A stretch of 53,103 nucleotides of DNA from Promethearchaeota archaeon (lineage in GTDB: Archaea; Asgardarchaeota; Lokiarchaeia; Sigyniarchaeales; SOKP01). Below are positions 1 through 9,474 of the stretch, in pieces. The translations under genes were made by a program, and so were the position numbers. The DNA lies in the NCBI GenBank assembly GCA_019894885.1, contig JAGXNP010000001.1:1-53103 (forward strand), in the 5' to 3' direction. Below the pieces are notes generated by a model that made no database searches, was not told the origin of the DNA, and saw nothing but the letters and a program-made list of their open reading frames with translations. Each line of letters starts with the position of its first letter. Position 1 is the first letter of the stretch.

Positions 1-1
1 A

Positions 2-214
2 CTTTATGCTTTTACCACGTGGAAATTTTTAAAACAACCTAGTTATGTCACAGCTTTAACAGGAGCTTTTATAATAAATATTGGTATAATAATGATAGAA
101 CTAAACTATCGTTTACATGAAATCACAGGAATTTTTACATTAATATTTTTTCCGCCTGCTGCTGTTTTCCTTTTGCTTATTTATATTAATTATAAAATAT
201 CTCCATACGATTAA
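2..214 (+). CDS. Partial CDS (C-terminal 70 aa) of a hydrophobic membrane protein, unknown function
   Basis: Frame 2 is open from the window edge to TAA at 212-214. It translates to LYAFTTWKFLKQPSYVTALTGAFIINIGIIMIELNYRLHEITGIFTLIFFPPAAVFLLLIYINYKISPYD, which has two TM-like stretches. It is not in the ORF track because no start lies in the window. Confidence 0.45.
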   Translation, partial: LYAFTTWKFLKQPSYVTALTGAFIINIGIIMIELNYRLHEITGIFTLIFFPPAAVFLLLIYINYKISPYD

Positions 215-249
215 TTTAGCTTAAAGAAACTTTTTTTTCTTATATTTTT

Positions 250-552
250 TTATTCTTTTGAGTATCTTTTAAGATATTCAAGAGTTTTTGGAAGATTTCT
301 GCTCGATAAATTTAAAAATAAAGCAATTAAATGGCTACAAAAATTTGAGCGATGGTAGACCAAATGGCAATTACTATGCTTAATCTGATTATTTTCTATA
401 ATTAAATCAAGATTTTCTTCCTCTTCCTGTTTATTTATTCTTAACCTTGCATAACAATTGAGTGGTGGGCCCCAATCAACCTTAACTATATCTACTGGAA
501 TTTTTTTAGCTTCTAAAATTCTAGAATTCTTATTAAAATAAAAAAAATTCAT
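250..552 (-). CDS. Hypothetical 100-aa protein, possibly co-transcribed downstream of lpd
   Basis: ORF track. It starts 10 nt after the lpd stop on the same strand. It contains Cys/His pairs (NCH...FCSH), but I could not match them to a defined zinc-finger family. Confidence 0.4.
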   Translation of the reverse strand: MNFFYFNKNSRILEAKKIPVDIVKVDWGPPLNCYARLRINKQEEEENLDLIIENNQIKHSNCHLVYHRSNFCSHLIALFLNLSSRNLPKTLEYLKRYSKE

Positions 553-562
553 TATTTAAAAT

Positions 563-2152
563 TCATCCTGTAGTTAGCAGTGGTTCTAATGAAATAAGCC
601 CATATTTTTTCAGATTTTCGCTAGAAGCAAATTGTCGAATCATATCCTCTTTAAGATCAATTTTTTGCTTAACTCTCCTTCTTACTCTATGAATTGAAAG
701 CCCATAGACATCTTCTGCAGCCTCTAAAACCATTTCAGACAAAGTAGGATGACTATGAACAGTGTTAGTTATATCATGGATACTTAGCCCGTTCTTCATT
801 GCCAGAGCGATTTCTGCGATTAATTCGGATGCTGAAACACCAATACACGAAGCCCCTAAGATATCATCTGTTTCCTCATCAGTAATAATCATTAAAAAGC
901 CTTCTTCTTCACCCATACATTTCGCTTTTCCTAATGAAGCATATCCAAATCGACCTGTTCTTATTTTAACTCCACGATCTTCGAGATATTTTGATTTGTA
1001 TCCAACAGATCCGATTTCAAATGCAGTAAAGATTGAAGCCGGGATTACCGTATAATCTGTAACTACGGGAAAAGTATCAAACCCTCCAATACTGCTAAGG
1101 GCATTAAATACTGCGATATTTCCCTCATAGCTTGCCACATGCGCTAACAAAATTCCTCCAGTAACATCTCCTACAGCATAAATTCCATTCTCATTAGTTT
1201 CTAAGGTATTTGGGTTCACGACTATTTTTCCTTCATTAAGTTCAATTTTAGTATTTTCTAGCCCTAACCCTTCAATACATGGTTTTCGTCCTATTGACAC
1301 AAGACAAAGATCCGCTTCATGAAAAGATTTCTCAGCAGAATCAATTTGGTCTTTAGGAACCTTTGAATCACAAGTTGTTGCGATAACTTTTGAATTAACC
1401 TTTTCTATTTTTAGTATATTACGATTTTCATAGATTTCAATACCCATGATATTGAATTTCTTTTTTAATTCCCGAACGACCAATTGTTCTTCATTGGCGA
1501 TTATTGAGGGCAGATAGTCAAATATTTTTACTTTCGACCCAAATCTACTGAAGATATTTGCGAATTCACAACCAATCACTCCACCACCTATAATCAATAT
1601 AGATTCCGGGACTTTATTGAAATCTTTAGCTAAGATATCATCACTTGTAAGTATAAATTTATTGTCAATATTAAATGAGGGGACTAAAGTTGGTTTTGCT
1701 CCAGTTGCAATTATTAAACGTTTTCCTTTTATCTGTTTTGTATTCTTACCTTCAATATTAATTGTTATTCCATAATCCAAGGATGCTTCAAGAATCCTGG
1801 CCGCTCCATAATATAAATCAATTTTTCTTTGTTTAATTAAAGTCTCAATGCCACTTATTAATTCACTCACAATTAAGTTCTTACGATTTACGGCATTCTT
1901 AAAGTTAGGTCTAACTTCTCCAATTATATCCACTCCAAAGTCCTTTGCGCTCTTTTCAATTTTTTCAATTAATTTTGCTGAGCTAAAAAGTGCTTTTGTT
2001 GGAATACATCCAATATTTAAGCAAGTTCCCCCAACATTATCTTTTTCAATAAGAGCAACTTTTGCGTCATATTGCGCAGCCCTAACAGCTGCATGATAAC
2101 CTCCTGGTCCCGCACCAATTATTATAAGATCATAGTTCATTTCAAATTTCAC
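563..2152 (-). CDS. lpd: Dihydrolipoyl dehydrogenase (class I pyridine nucleotide-disulfide oxidoreductase) with a C-terminal extension
   Basis: FAD motif IIIGAGPGGY, redox-active disulfide GGTCLNIGCIPTK, NAD motif IIGGGVIGCEF, and C-terminal His-Glu interface motif HSHPTLSE. Confidence 0.9.
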   Translation of the reverse strand: MKFEMNYDLIIIGAGPGGYHAAVRAAQYDAKVALIEKDNVGGTCLNIGCIPTKALFSSAKLIEKIEKSAKDFGVDIIGEVRPNFKNAVNRKNLIVSELISGIETLIKQRKIDLYYGAARILEASLDYGITINIEGKNTKQIKGKRLIIATGAKPTLVPSFNIDNKFILTSDDILAKDFNKVPESILIIGGGVIGCEFANIFSRFGSKVKIFDYLPSIIANEEQLVVRELKKKFNIMGIEIYENRNILKIEKVNSKVIATTCDSKVPKDQIDSAEKSFHEADLCLVSIGRKPCIEGLGLENTKIELNEGKIVVNPNTLETNENGIYAVGDVTGGILLAHVASYEGNIAVFNALSSIGGFDTFPVVTDYTVIPASIFTAFEIGSVGYKSKYLEDRGVKIRTGRFGYASLGKAKCMGEEEGFLMIITDEETDDILGASCIGVSASELIAEIALAMKNGLSIHDITNTVHSHPTLSEMVLEAAEDVYGLSIHRVRRRVKQKIDLKEDMIRQFASSENLKKYGLISLEPLLTTG

Positions 2153-2647
2153 CTAAATTTTTTTTATAATTTATTTAATCAAATATTTTATTTCCATAAA
2201 TTTCATAGGAAGAAGTATAGTTATCATCTTCATCATCTTTAACTCTTCTATCCGTCTTAAATTTTTCTTTTTAACAATTTCCATTTCATAATCTCCATCA
2301 TTCTCATCTCCATAAGCTATCTTGAAAGATTTACCATTAAAGCCATTCTCACACCCGTATCGAGTAAAAGGGCAATACTAGTACCCAAAAGCAGTTACAT
2401 ATTAATAACATCTTTTTTCTATACAGAATAGACAAAATGTATGTTTTTTTTATGACAAATAAGTAATCTTTGTGTTTTAAAATTTCAAAATGGTTAGATT
2501 CTTTACTCCTACCTCAAAAAAGCATGTTAACTATATTACTATGATTTAAAATTCCAGTAGTATATCTTTTTTTAGTTCTATCATTGTTAGATTCTTAAAG
2601 GAGATAAGTCAAAAGTTATTAAATTACGAAAAAATAATATAATAATC

Positions 2648-3412
2648 ATGGTAGATTATAAATTCTGGCTCATTAAAATCGAAGATAACATATTTTGGCT
2701 CTACCTTAATAACCCTAATAAAAAAAACGCATTTGATATCGCTGTTGTTAATGAATTAGAACAAATTTTAAATGATGAGATTAAACAAAACAACGATATC
2801 CGAGTATTAGTAATCACTACTTCTTTAGATGATATTTTTACCGTTGGACTTGATATTAAATGGCTCGTAACTCTAGACGACTCTAAATCAAAAGATATGA
2901 CAAGGAAATTACAGAAAATCTTTAGTAAATTCGAGGATTTACCGATTCCTGTCATCGCTGCAGTAAAGGGATTGAATCTTACAGCGGGATTTGAGCTGAT
3001 GCTATGTGCTGACATCATAATTGCTGCTGATAACGCGAGATTTGGACAAGTCGAGACTAAGTGGGGGATGACTCCTGCTGCAGGAGCTACTCAAAGATTA
3101 ATTCGTTTAATAGGTCCTTTGAAAGCAAAAGAACTCATATATACTTCACGGATAATTAATGCTCAAGAAGCTGTAAAAATTGGTTTAATTAATGAACTCG
3201 TTCCACTGGCAGAACTTGAAGTTCGAGTTAAAGATTTAGCAAAACTCATCGTTAAAAATTCAGGTAGAGCAATTGAATTATCCAAACAGTTAATACAAAT
3301 GGGAATCTATAACAATGCGGAAGGTTTTCAAATGGAAGGAGAAGCATTTCAAGAACTTTTTTCTTCGGGAGAACCAAAAAGAAAATTAAAAGAATTCTTA
3401 GAAAGATCGTAA
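2648..3412 (+). CDS. Enoyl-CoA hydratase/isomerase (crotonase) family protein
   Basis: Crotonase core VIAAVKGLNLTAGFELMLCADIIIAA and GQVETKWGMTPAAGATQRL. Confidence 0.85.
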   Translation: MVDYKFWLIKIEDNIFWLYLNNPNKKNAFDIAVVNELEQILNDEIKQNNDIRVLVITTSLDDIFTVGLDIKWLVTLDDSKSKDMTRKLQKIFSKFEDLPIPVIAAVKGLNLTAGFELMLCADIIIAADNARFGQVETKWGMTPAAGATQRLIRLIGPLKAKELIYTSRIINAQEAVKIGLINELVPLAELEVRVKDLAKLIVKNSGRAIELSKQLIQMGIYNNAEGFQMEGEAFQELFSSGEPKRKLKEFLERS

Positions 3413-3570
3413 ATATTTGTTAGAGAAAGTATTACTAATACTCTAAAACACGATAACATCAGAAAAATAAGGAATCAAAATTATAATCAAGATGAATCTA
3501 ATATAGAAATAAATAGCTTTTAGGATTATTATTAATATTATTTGAGTATTAAGCGTTCAAAATATTAGAG

Positions 3571-4752
3571 TTGATGAATATTTTTAATGAAGAAACATGC
3601 CAGAGGTGCGGTACATGTCTCGAACAGTGTTCATTTTTGCGATTACCTATCGAAAGTGCGAAAGAAGAGATTTCTAAAATGATTGAGACGAGAGACTCAC
3701 GAAAGATAATCAAAAATTGTGCCGGTTGTTCTTACTGCAATATAGTATGCCCAACAGGGTCAAGTCCATATGAACTAATAAGAGAAATACGATTAAGAAC
3801 ATATCGTGAGAAAGGTGTAAGAAGTTTATCGCTCATAACAGAAGAAATGCCTTATAATTTAATGTCAATCGGATTAGAAATTGACACCGAGGAAAAAAAG
3901 CGAGATTTAATTCAATATGAAAACCCTCCAAAAAGCGACAAAATGTTCTACATAGGCTGTGGCATTCCCTATTGTTTTCCAGAGCTTACCAAGACCAAAT
4001 TATTAGAGGAGCTACCCATTTTAGGAGGAATGAAGTATTGTTGCGGCGGGTATGTGCATTCCAGTTTCGGTGAAAATGAAGCAATGATAAAGGGATTAGA
4101 ATTATATGAGAAATTCAAAAGCCTTAAAGTAGAGAAGCTCATTACATTCTGTCCTGGATGTGATATTATGATTAAAGGCGTGTATCCTTCAATTATCGAA
4201 GGGTTTAACATAGAAGGGCAAACCATCATTGAGTATTTGATAGAAAAGTACCATAAAGGCGCATTACACATTAAAAACAAGATCACCCAAAGAATAACCT
4301 TTCAGGACCCTTGTCCGTGGAGAAAGTTAGACAAGAAAATATACGAAGGTCCAAGGGAATTCCTTGAAATTATTGGTGCGGAAGTGGTAGAAATGAAACA
4401 CAACAAGGAAACATCTCTGTGTTGCGGAGCGCCTCTTTCCATATCAAATAGATCATTAGCAACCAAAATCGCAAAAGAAAGAATATCTGAAGCTGAAAGT
4501 ATAAATACGGATATAATAGCTCATATCTGCACGGGCTGCCTTGCTGTGTTATCAAAGCATGCCACTGAAAGGAACATTAAATCGTACTATATTACAGAAT
4601 TAGCCCAAATGGCAACGGGGGAAAAACCATCACTTAAAATTCTTGAAAATGCAGAGAAACTTCAAAAGCATGTTATTAAAACAATTAGCAAGAATCCGAA
4701 CATAATACTGGGGCAATACATCATAAAAGATGGAAAAATATGTCGTTTATGA
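3571..4752 (+). CDS. HdrD/GlpC/GlcF-like iron-sulfur protein (2x[4Fe-4S] ferredoxin domain plus two CCG domains)
   Basis: CQRCGTCLEQC and CAGCSYCNIVCP cluster motifs. There are two CCG modules (C...CCGG...CPGC and C...CCGA...CTGC). The track start is TTG at 3571, and ATG at 3574 is the more likely start. Confidence 0.8.
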   Translation: MMNIFNEETCQRCGTCLEQCSFLRLPIESAKEEISKMIETRDSRKIIKNCAGCSYCNIVCPTGSSPYELIREIRLRTYREKGVRSLSLITEEMPYNLMSIGLEIDTEEKKRDLIQYENPPKSDKMFYIGCGIPYCFPELTKTKLLEELPILGGMKYCCGGYVHSSFGENEAMIKGLELYEKFKSLKVEKLITFCPGCDIMIKGVYPSIIEGFNIEGQTIIEYLIEKYHKGALHIKNKITQRITFQDPCPWRKLDKKIYEGPREFLEIIGAEVVEMKHNKETSLCCGAPLSISNRSLATKIAKERISEAESINTDIIAHICTGCLAVLSKHATERNIKSYYITELAQMATGEKPSLKILENAEKLQKHVIKTISKNPNIILGQYIIKDGKICRL

Positions 4753-4895
4753 TTTATAGTTCCATAAGATAAGTCAATTATGTTTCAATATTCACTGTAG
4801 TCATAGAAATAGGGAATTTGATATTCTCTTTAATAAAACTGAGTTCTAAAGTGCATGGAGTAAAAAATATATATTCCTTATATTCAGCAAATATA

Positions 4896-4915
4896 ATGCT
4901 TCTTATATGAAGCAT
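4896..4915. promoter_or_regulatory. Palindrome ATGCTTC-N6-GAAGCAT about 105 nt upstream of the acyl-CoA dehydrogenase start (candidate operator)
   Basis: Perfect 7-bp inverted arms read directly from the sequence. There is no other support. Confidence 0.2.
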
Positions 4916-5020
4916 AAGCTTAAATACTACTCTATAACACGGATGAATTTATCTTATAGGATAATTTAAATTATAGTATATATTTAAAAAATAAAAAGAA
5001 AAAGACTTAGTAGTGATTTT

Positions 5021-6175
5021 ATGGAATTTTCGCTTACTGAAAAACAAAAAATGTTAAAAAAAATTACTAGACAGTTTGCTGAAGAGTATATTGTACCTAT
5101 CGCTCGAGAGAGCGATGAAAAGCAAGAATTGGACGATAAAGTCTTTCAAAAAATGAAAGAAATGAATTATTTTGGTGGTTGTATACCAGAAGAATATGGA
5201 GGAGCAGGACTTCATAACGATACAATAGGTTTTAGCATCATTATAGAGGAAATCTCGCGCGCAGACGCTGCTTGGGGAATTACAACCGCGGTACACAATG
5301 GTGTTGCTGCATATCCTATTTATAAATATGGTACTGAAGAACAAAAACAAAAATTTTTAATTGATCTCGCTAAAGGTAATAAGATTGGAGCTTTCTGTTT
5401 AACTGAAGCAAATGCAGGTTCAGATGCAGGTGGCGTTCAATTAACAGCTGTCAAGGATGGAGATGAATACATTCTAAATGGTACTAAAATTTTTGCAACA
5501 TCCGGAGGTATTGCGGGGACTCTACTTGTAGTAGCTAAAACTGGTGAAAAAGAAAGTAGGAAACAAATGACTGTTTTTATAGTAGATAATAAAACTCCAG
5601 GTTATTCTGTTGGCGTTAAGGAGGATAAAATGGGAGTTCGCGCTTCGAATACATCTGAGCTTGTGTTTCAAGACGTTAGGGTGCCCCAAGAGAACATTTT
5701 AGGTAATCCTGGTGAGGGGTTCAAAATGGCCATGAAAATTTTAGACTTTGGAAGAATAGGTATTGCCGCGCAATGTGTAGGATTAGGGCAAGCAGCTTTA
5801 GAAGCTTCAATTAAATATGCAAATGAAAGAGTCCAGTTCAACCAACCTATTGGAAGATTTCAAGCAATCCAATGGAAAATCGCCGATATGTCTTGTGCTA
5901 TTGAATCGGCTCGGTTATTTACATTTAAAGCTGCTTATCTGCATGATATAGGTTCGGAATTCGGTATAGCAAGTTCTATGGCGAAATTAGTTGCATCTGA
6001 AGCGGCTATGCAAGCTGCTCATGGTGCTGTTCAAATTCACGGCGGTTATGGATTGATGAAAGCATACCCAGTAGAAAGGTATTTCAGAGATGCTAAAATG
6101 GGTGAGATTTACGAAGGAACTAGTGAAATTCAAAGATTAGTAATTGCAGCTAATTTACTTAAAAAAGGAGCCTAG
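5021..6175 (+). CDS. Acyl-CoA dehydrogenase (short/medium-chain, butyryl-CoA dehydrogenase-like)
   Basis: GAFCLTEANAGSDAGG, the FAD/substrate motifs, and the C-terminal catalytic-Glu region GEIYEGTSEIQRLVIA. Confidence 0.92.
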   Translation: MEFSLTEKQKMLKKITRQFAEEYIVPIARESDEKQELDDKVFQKMKEMNYFGGCIPEEYGGAGLHNDTIGFSIIIEEISRADAAWGITTAVHNGVAAYPIYKYGTEEQKQKFLIDLAKGNKIGAFCLTEANAGSDAGGVQLTAVKDGDEYILNGTKIFATSGGIAGTLLVVAKTGEKESRKQMTVFIVDNKTPGYSVGVKEDKMGVRASNTSELVFQDVRVPQENILGNPGEGFKMAMKILDFGRIGIAAQCVGLGQAALEASIKYANERVQFNQPIGRFQAIQWKIADMSCAIESARLFTFKAAYLHDIGSEFGIASSMAKLVASEAAMQAAHGAVQIHGGYGLMKAYPVERYFRDAKMGEIYEGTSEIQRLVIAANLLKKGA

Positions 6176-6333
6176 CTGATTTAAATGAGATTCATTATTA
6201 TTAAATAACTAATTTTTCTTTCATATTTTTGTTCCATTATCGGAAAATTTATTTTTCTTAAATAAATTATTCGTTTTAACAAAAAATTGTATGTATTAAA
6301 TTAAGATAGGGCTATAGAAGGTGTGATTTAGAT

Positions 6334-7137
6334 ATGAAGATATTTGTTTGTGTAAAGCAAGTTCCGGGAGTGTCAGAGGTCAAAATCGATCCTAAAACCA
6401 ATACGCTGGTAAGAGAGGGAATTTTGTCTATACTCAATCCCAACGATCGAAATGCAATTGAATTGGCTCTTACTTTAAAAGAAAAGTATACTACTGAAGT
6501 TATAGCGTTAAGTATGGGACCTCCTCAAGCAGAAGAAATTTTACGAGAGGCTTTAGCGATGGGCGTAGATAAAGCTTTTTTATTAACGGATAGAGCCTTT
6601 GCTGGAGCAGACACGCTAGCTACTTCATATACACTAGCTTTAGCTATCAAAAAAATATTAAAAGAATCAAATCCTGAAGAAAAATATCTTATTATATGCG
6701 GTGCTCAAGCCGTTGATGGAGATACTGGTCAAGTTCCACCAGAATTAGCTGAAGAGTTAAAAATACCGCAAGTTGCATACGTATTAAATGTGGAATTAAC
6801 GGAAAAAAAAATAATTGCTGAGAGGAAATTTAGAGCAGTAGAAATTGTAGTGATTGAAACAACTTTACCAGCTTTAATTTCCGTGTTAAATGATATCAAC
6901 GAACCTAGATATCCTAGCATAGCCGGAATTATGAAGGCACACAATTTAGAAATTGTGCATCTAGATGCTGTTGCTTTAAATGCCGATACATCGAAAATTG
7001 GGTTAAATGGTTCAAGTACCGAAGTTTGGAAAATCTTCATCCCCGAACGGAAGGGAGATCGAGTTATTTTAAGAGGAACTATCGAAGAAGTTATTCAAAA
7101 TTTATGTCAGAATTTAAAGGATGATAAAGTTTTATAA
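6334..7137 (+). CDS. etfB: Electron transfer flavoprotein beta subunit
   Basis: MKIFVCVKQVPG N-terminus and the AVDGDTGQVPPELAEEL motif. It lies directly upstream of etfA. Confidence 0.9.
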   Translation: MKIFVCVKQVPGVSEVKIDPKTNTLVREGILSILNPNDRNAIELALTLKEKYTTEVIALSMGPPQAEEILREALAMGVDKAFLLTDRAFAGADTLATSYTLALAIKKILKESNPEEKYLIICGAQAVDGDTGQVPPELAEELKIPQVAYVLNVELTEKKIIAERKFRAVEIVVIETTLPALISVLNDINEPRYPSIAGIMKAHNLEIVHLDAVALNADTSKIGLNGSSTEVWKIFIPERKGDRVILRGTIEEVIQNLCQNLKDDKVL

Positions 7138-7149
7138 GAGGAATTATAG

Positions 7150-8352
7150 TTGAGCGTTATTATTGACGAAGAACAATGCACAGGGTGCGGGAACTGTGTT
7201 GATAGTTGCCCATATGGAGCAATTGAATTAGAAAACAATAAAGCAACAGTGTTACCAAATTGTAATCTTTGTGGAGTATGCATAGACAATTGTCCTCTGA
7301 AGGCAATAAGTCTAGAGCGAGATAAAGAGTCAGGGGAAAAAATAGATTTATCTCAGTATAAAGGTGTTTGGGTTATAGCAGAACACTACAAACAGATAGT
7401 TCACAAAGTAGCATTCCAATTGTTAGGAAAAGGACGAGAATTGTCAAATCTATTAGATTCAACATTAACATTCGTAATTTTAGGAGCAAATTTCGACGAA
7501 AAACTAGGAGATTTTAGTGAATATGGAATGGATGAGATAATCTACGTCAAATCACCTATTTTAAAAGATTATTATTCAGATTTATATGTAAAAGTAATTT
7601 CAGAACTTATCGAAGAGCATAAACCTGAGATAATTCTTATTGGAGCTACTCCAACGGGAAGGGACTTTGCGCCTAGAGTAGCTAAAAGACTACACGCAGG
7701 GTTGACAGCAGACTGTACGGGTTTGGATATAAATCCCGAGACTAAAAATCTTCTTCAAACTCGTCCAACATTTGGTGGAAATATCATGGCCACTATTAGA
7801 ACTCCTTTTAGTAGGCCTCAAATGGCTACAGTAAGACCAGGGGTTTTTAAAGCACTTAAAAAGATTAAAAAAGAGGTACCAGTTAAGGTAATTGATTACA
7901 AATTTACAGCAAAAGATACAGTTTCAAAAATAATAAAAATAATAAATACCAGTAAATCTACAGTAAATTTGGAAGATGCGAAAATTATCGTAGCTGGCGG
8001 ACGAGGTGTAGGTTCTAAAGAGAACTTTAAACTTATAGAAGATTTAGCAAAAGCTTTAGGAGCTGAGATAGGAGGGTCTAGAATTACAGTTGAGTTAAAT
8101 TGGGTTGATCCAGATAGACAAATAGGTCAAACAGGCAAAACAGTTTCTCCTAAACTATATATAGCTTGTGGTATTTCCGGAGCCGTTCAACATATCGTTG
8201 GTATGGAAAACTCAGATGTTATTGTAGCAATTAATAAAGATCCAAATGCTCCTATTTTTGGATTTGCTCACTATGGAATTGTGGGTAATTTAAATGATAT
8301 TATTCCCCTTTTAATAGAGGAAATAAATAAATTAAATTTAAATAAAGAGTAA
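7150..8352 (+). CDS. etfA: Electron transfer flavoprotein alpha subunit with a fused N-terminal 2x[4Fe-4S] ferredoxin domain
   Basis: CTGCGNCVDSCP and CNLCGVCIDNCP precede a canonical EtfA body (IVAGGRGVGS, YIACGISGAVQHIVGM). TTG start, with GAGG 9 nt upstream. Confidence 0.9.
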   Translation: MSVIIDEEQCTGCGNCVDSCPYGAIELENNKATVLPNCNLCGVCIDNCPLKAISLERDKESGEKIDLSQYKGVWVIAEHYKQIVHKVAFQLLGKGRELSNLLDSTLTFVILGANFDEKLGDFSEYGMDEIIYVKSPILKDYYSDLYVKVISELIEEHKPEIILIGATPTGRDFAPRVAKRLHAGLTADCTGLDINPETKNLLQTRPTFGGNIMATIRTPFSRPQMATVRPGVFKALKKIKKEVPVKVIDYKFTAKDTVSKIIKIINTSKSTVNLEDAKIIVAGGRGVGSKENFKLIEDLAKALGAEIGGSRITVELNWVDPDRQIGQTGKTVSPKLYIACGISGAVQHIVGMENSDVIVAINKDPNAPIFGFAHYGIVGNLNDIIPLLIEEINKLNLNKE

Positions 8353-9474
8353 TAAGTTGGTAAAACTATTTGAGCTTTAAATTTTATCGAGCTTACCACC
8401 ATTTTAATTTTAAAATTTAATAATATTTTAAAATTGTTTAAAATTTAGTTTTAACTTCAAAATAAGATAATATTTTAAAAATGAGTTAAGAAATTAATAA
8501 ATAGTAATTCATTTTTTGACCAAGCATACAATGCCTTATATCTAATCTATTACTCCAAAATTTTGAAAAACCACGAAAAAAACTTAAATAACGATTTTTA
8601 AAGGCTCTACTTTCGTTAAGTAAAACTTGAAATGAAAATTATAGTAATATAAATAAAAAAAAAAGTAATGGAATGCAATTACTTTTAGCGGGAAAAACTC
8701 ATTCGTGGAGGAATAAATTATGGGCTAAAATCGAAACATTCCACTACAAGATAGAAAATCGAAATTTTCTAAACATAATATAGATTCATAATAATTTAAA
8801 GTTATCGATATATTGGTTAAATTTACAAACGCTCTGTTTGAATATTCAATAAATTAAAATGATATTAGCACAATTGAAATATCATATCTCTTGTTTTAAC
8901 TATATAATCTTAGGATTAAAAATAAATATTAGCAAAACTCACGATTTTTATTTAAAAAAAAAATTTTTCTCGAATCTCTTCGAATATATTTTAATTTATT
9001 TGAAATTTATTATCCAAATTTGTGTGTGAAATTTTTAATCTAGGTGCAAAAACAAGTTCAAAATCTATTTTTATTAAAAACTTAATAAGCAAAAAGTCTA
9101 CATCTAATGACATATACAGTGCTAATCTTCACGAAATAGAACTTAATTTAAAATTTCATAGCTTATCTTAAATAATACTATGCAGATCTAAATGTATTTT
9201 CGCAGATTTTTGTAATTTCTTTTTTTTATTTGCTTCTCTGCACCAATCATAATTTAGATATGGATAAATTACATACTTTTGAACGAATTTCACTTAGAAG
9301 TAATCCTAAGTTCAGAAAATTTTCTTTTTCAAATGTTTTCAACCCATCCTTAAATTCGAAAGGTTTGCCCATTCATTTCCCATTATCCAACTTAATAAAT
9401 AATTTAATTATATTAAAGTTACTAATTAAAAATAAAAAGGATAGAAAACGCCTAATTTTAAATACGAGCTAATT

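Noticed and set aside
250-552. SWIM-type zinc finger assignment for the 100-aa ORF downstream of lpd
   Set aside because: Only a C-x-H...C-x-H arrangement is present, and the CxC part of the SWIM signature is missing. It is left as hypothetical.
2153-2647. Possible gene remnant on the minus strand between lpd and the crotonase gene (frame reading YCPFTRYGCENGFNGKSFKIAYGDENDGDYEMEIVKKK...)
   Set aside because: There is no start codon before the Cys-containing part. Only a 38-codon ATG-initiated tail remains, and no family was recognised. This is insufficient to call a CDS or pseudogene.
762-8000. ORF-track entries nested antisense or out of frame within strongly supported genes. Examples are 762-1055, 1848-2096, 2701-3018, 3969-4286, 4370-4555, 5054-5350, 6729-7040 and 7107-7289. 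The same class occurs later at 11879-12094, 12772-12987, 13072-13254, 15549-15800, 16868-17068, 21598-21837, 23165-23407, 24208-24456, 30577-30774, 32164-32364, 33553-33762, 34579-34857, 34777-34980, 36163-36366, 37505-38326, 39269-39526, 42350-42598, 42999-43229, 44630-45378, 47281-47472, 48301-48759 and 51180-51368.
   Set aside because: Each one overlaps a CDS with clear family motifs on the other strand or frame. Their translations are low-complexity (Ser/Ile/Phe/Leu-rich) with no motifs. They are typical shadow ORFs.
9230-9472. 80-codon TTG-initiated ORF just upstream of iorB
   Set aside because: The sequence is low-complexity (N/L/K/F-rich), with no SD, no motif and a TTG start. It lies in the extremely AT-rich spacer and is more likely part of the ior leader or promoter region.
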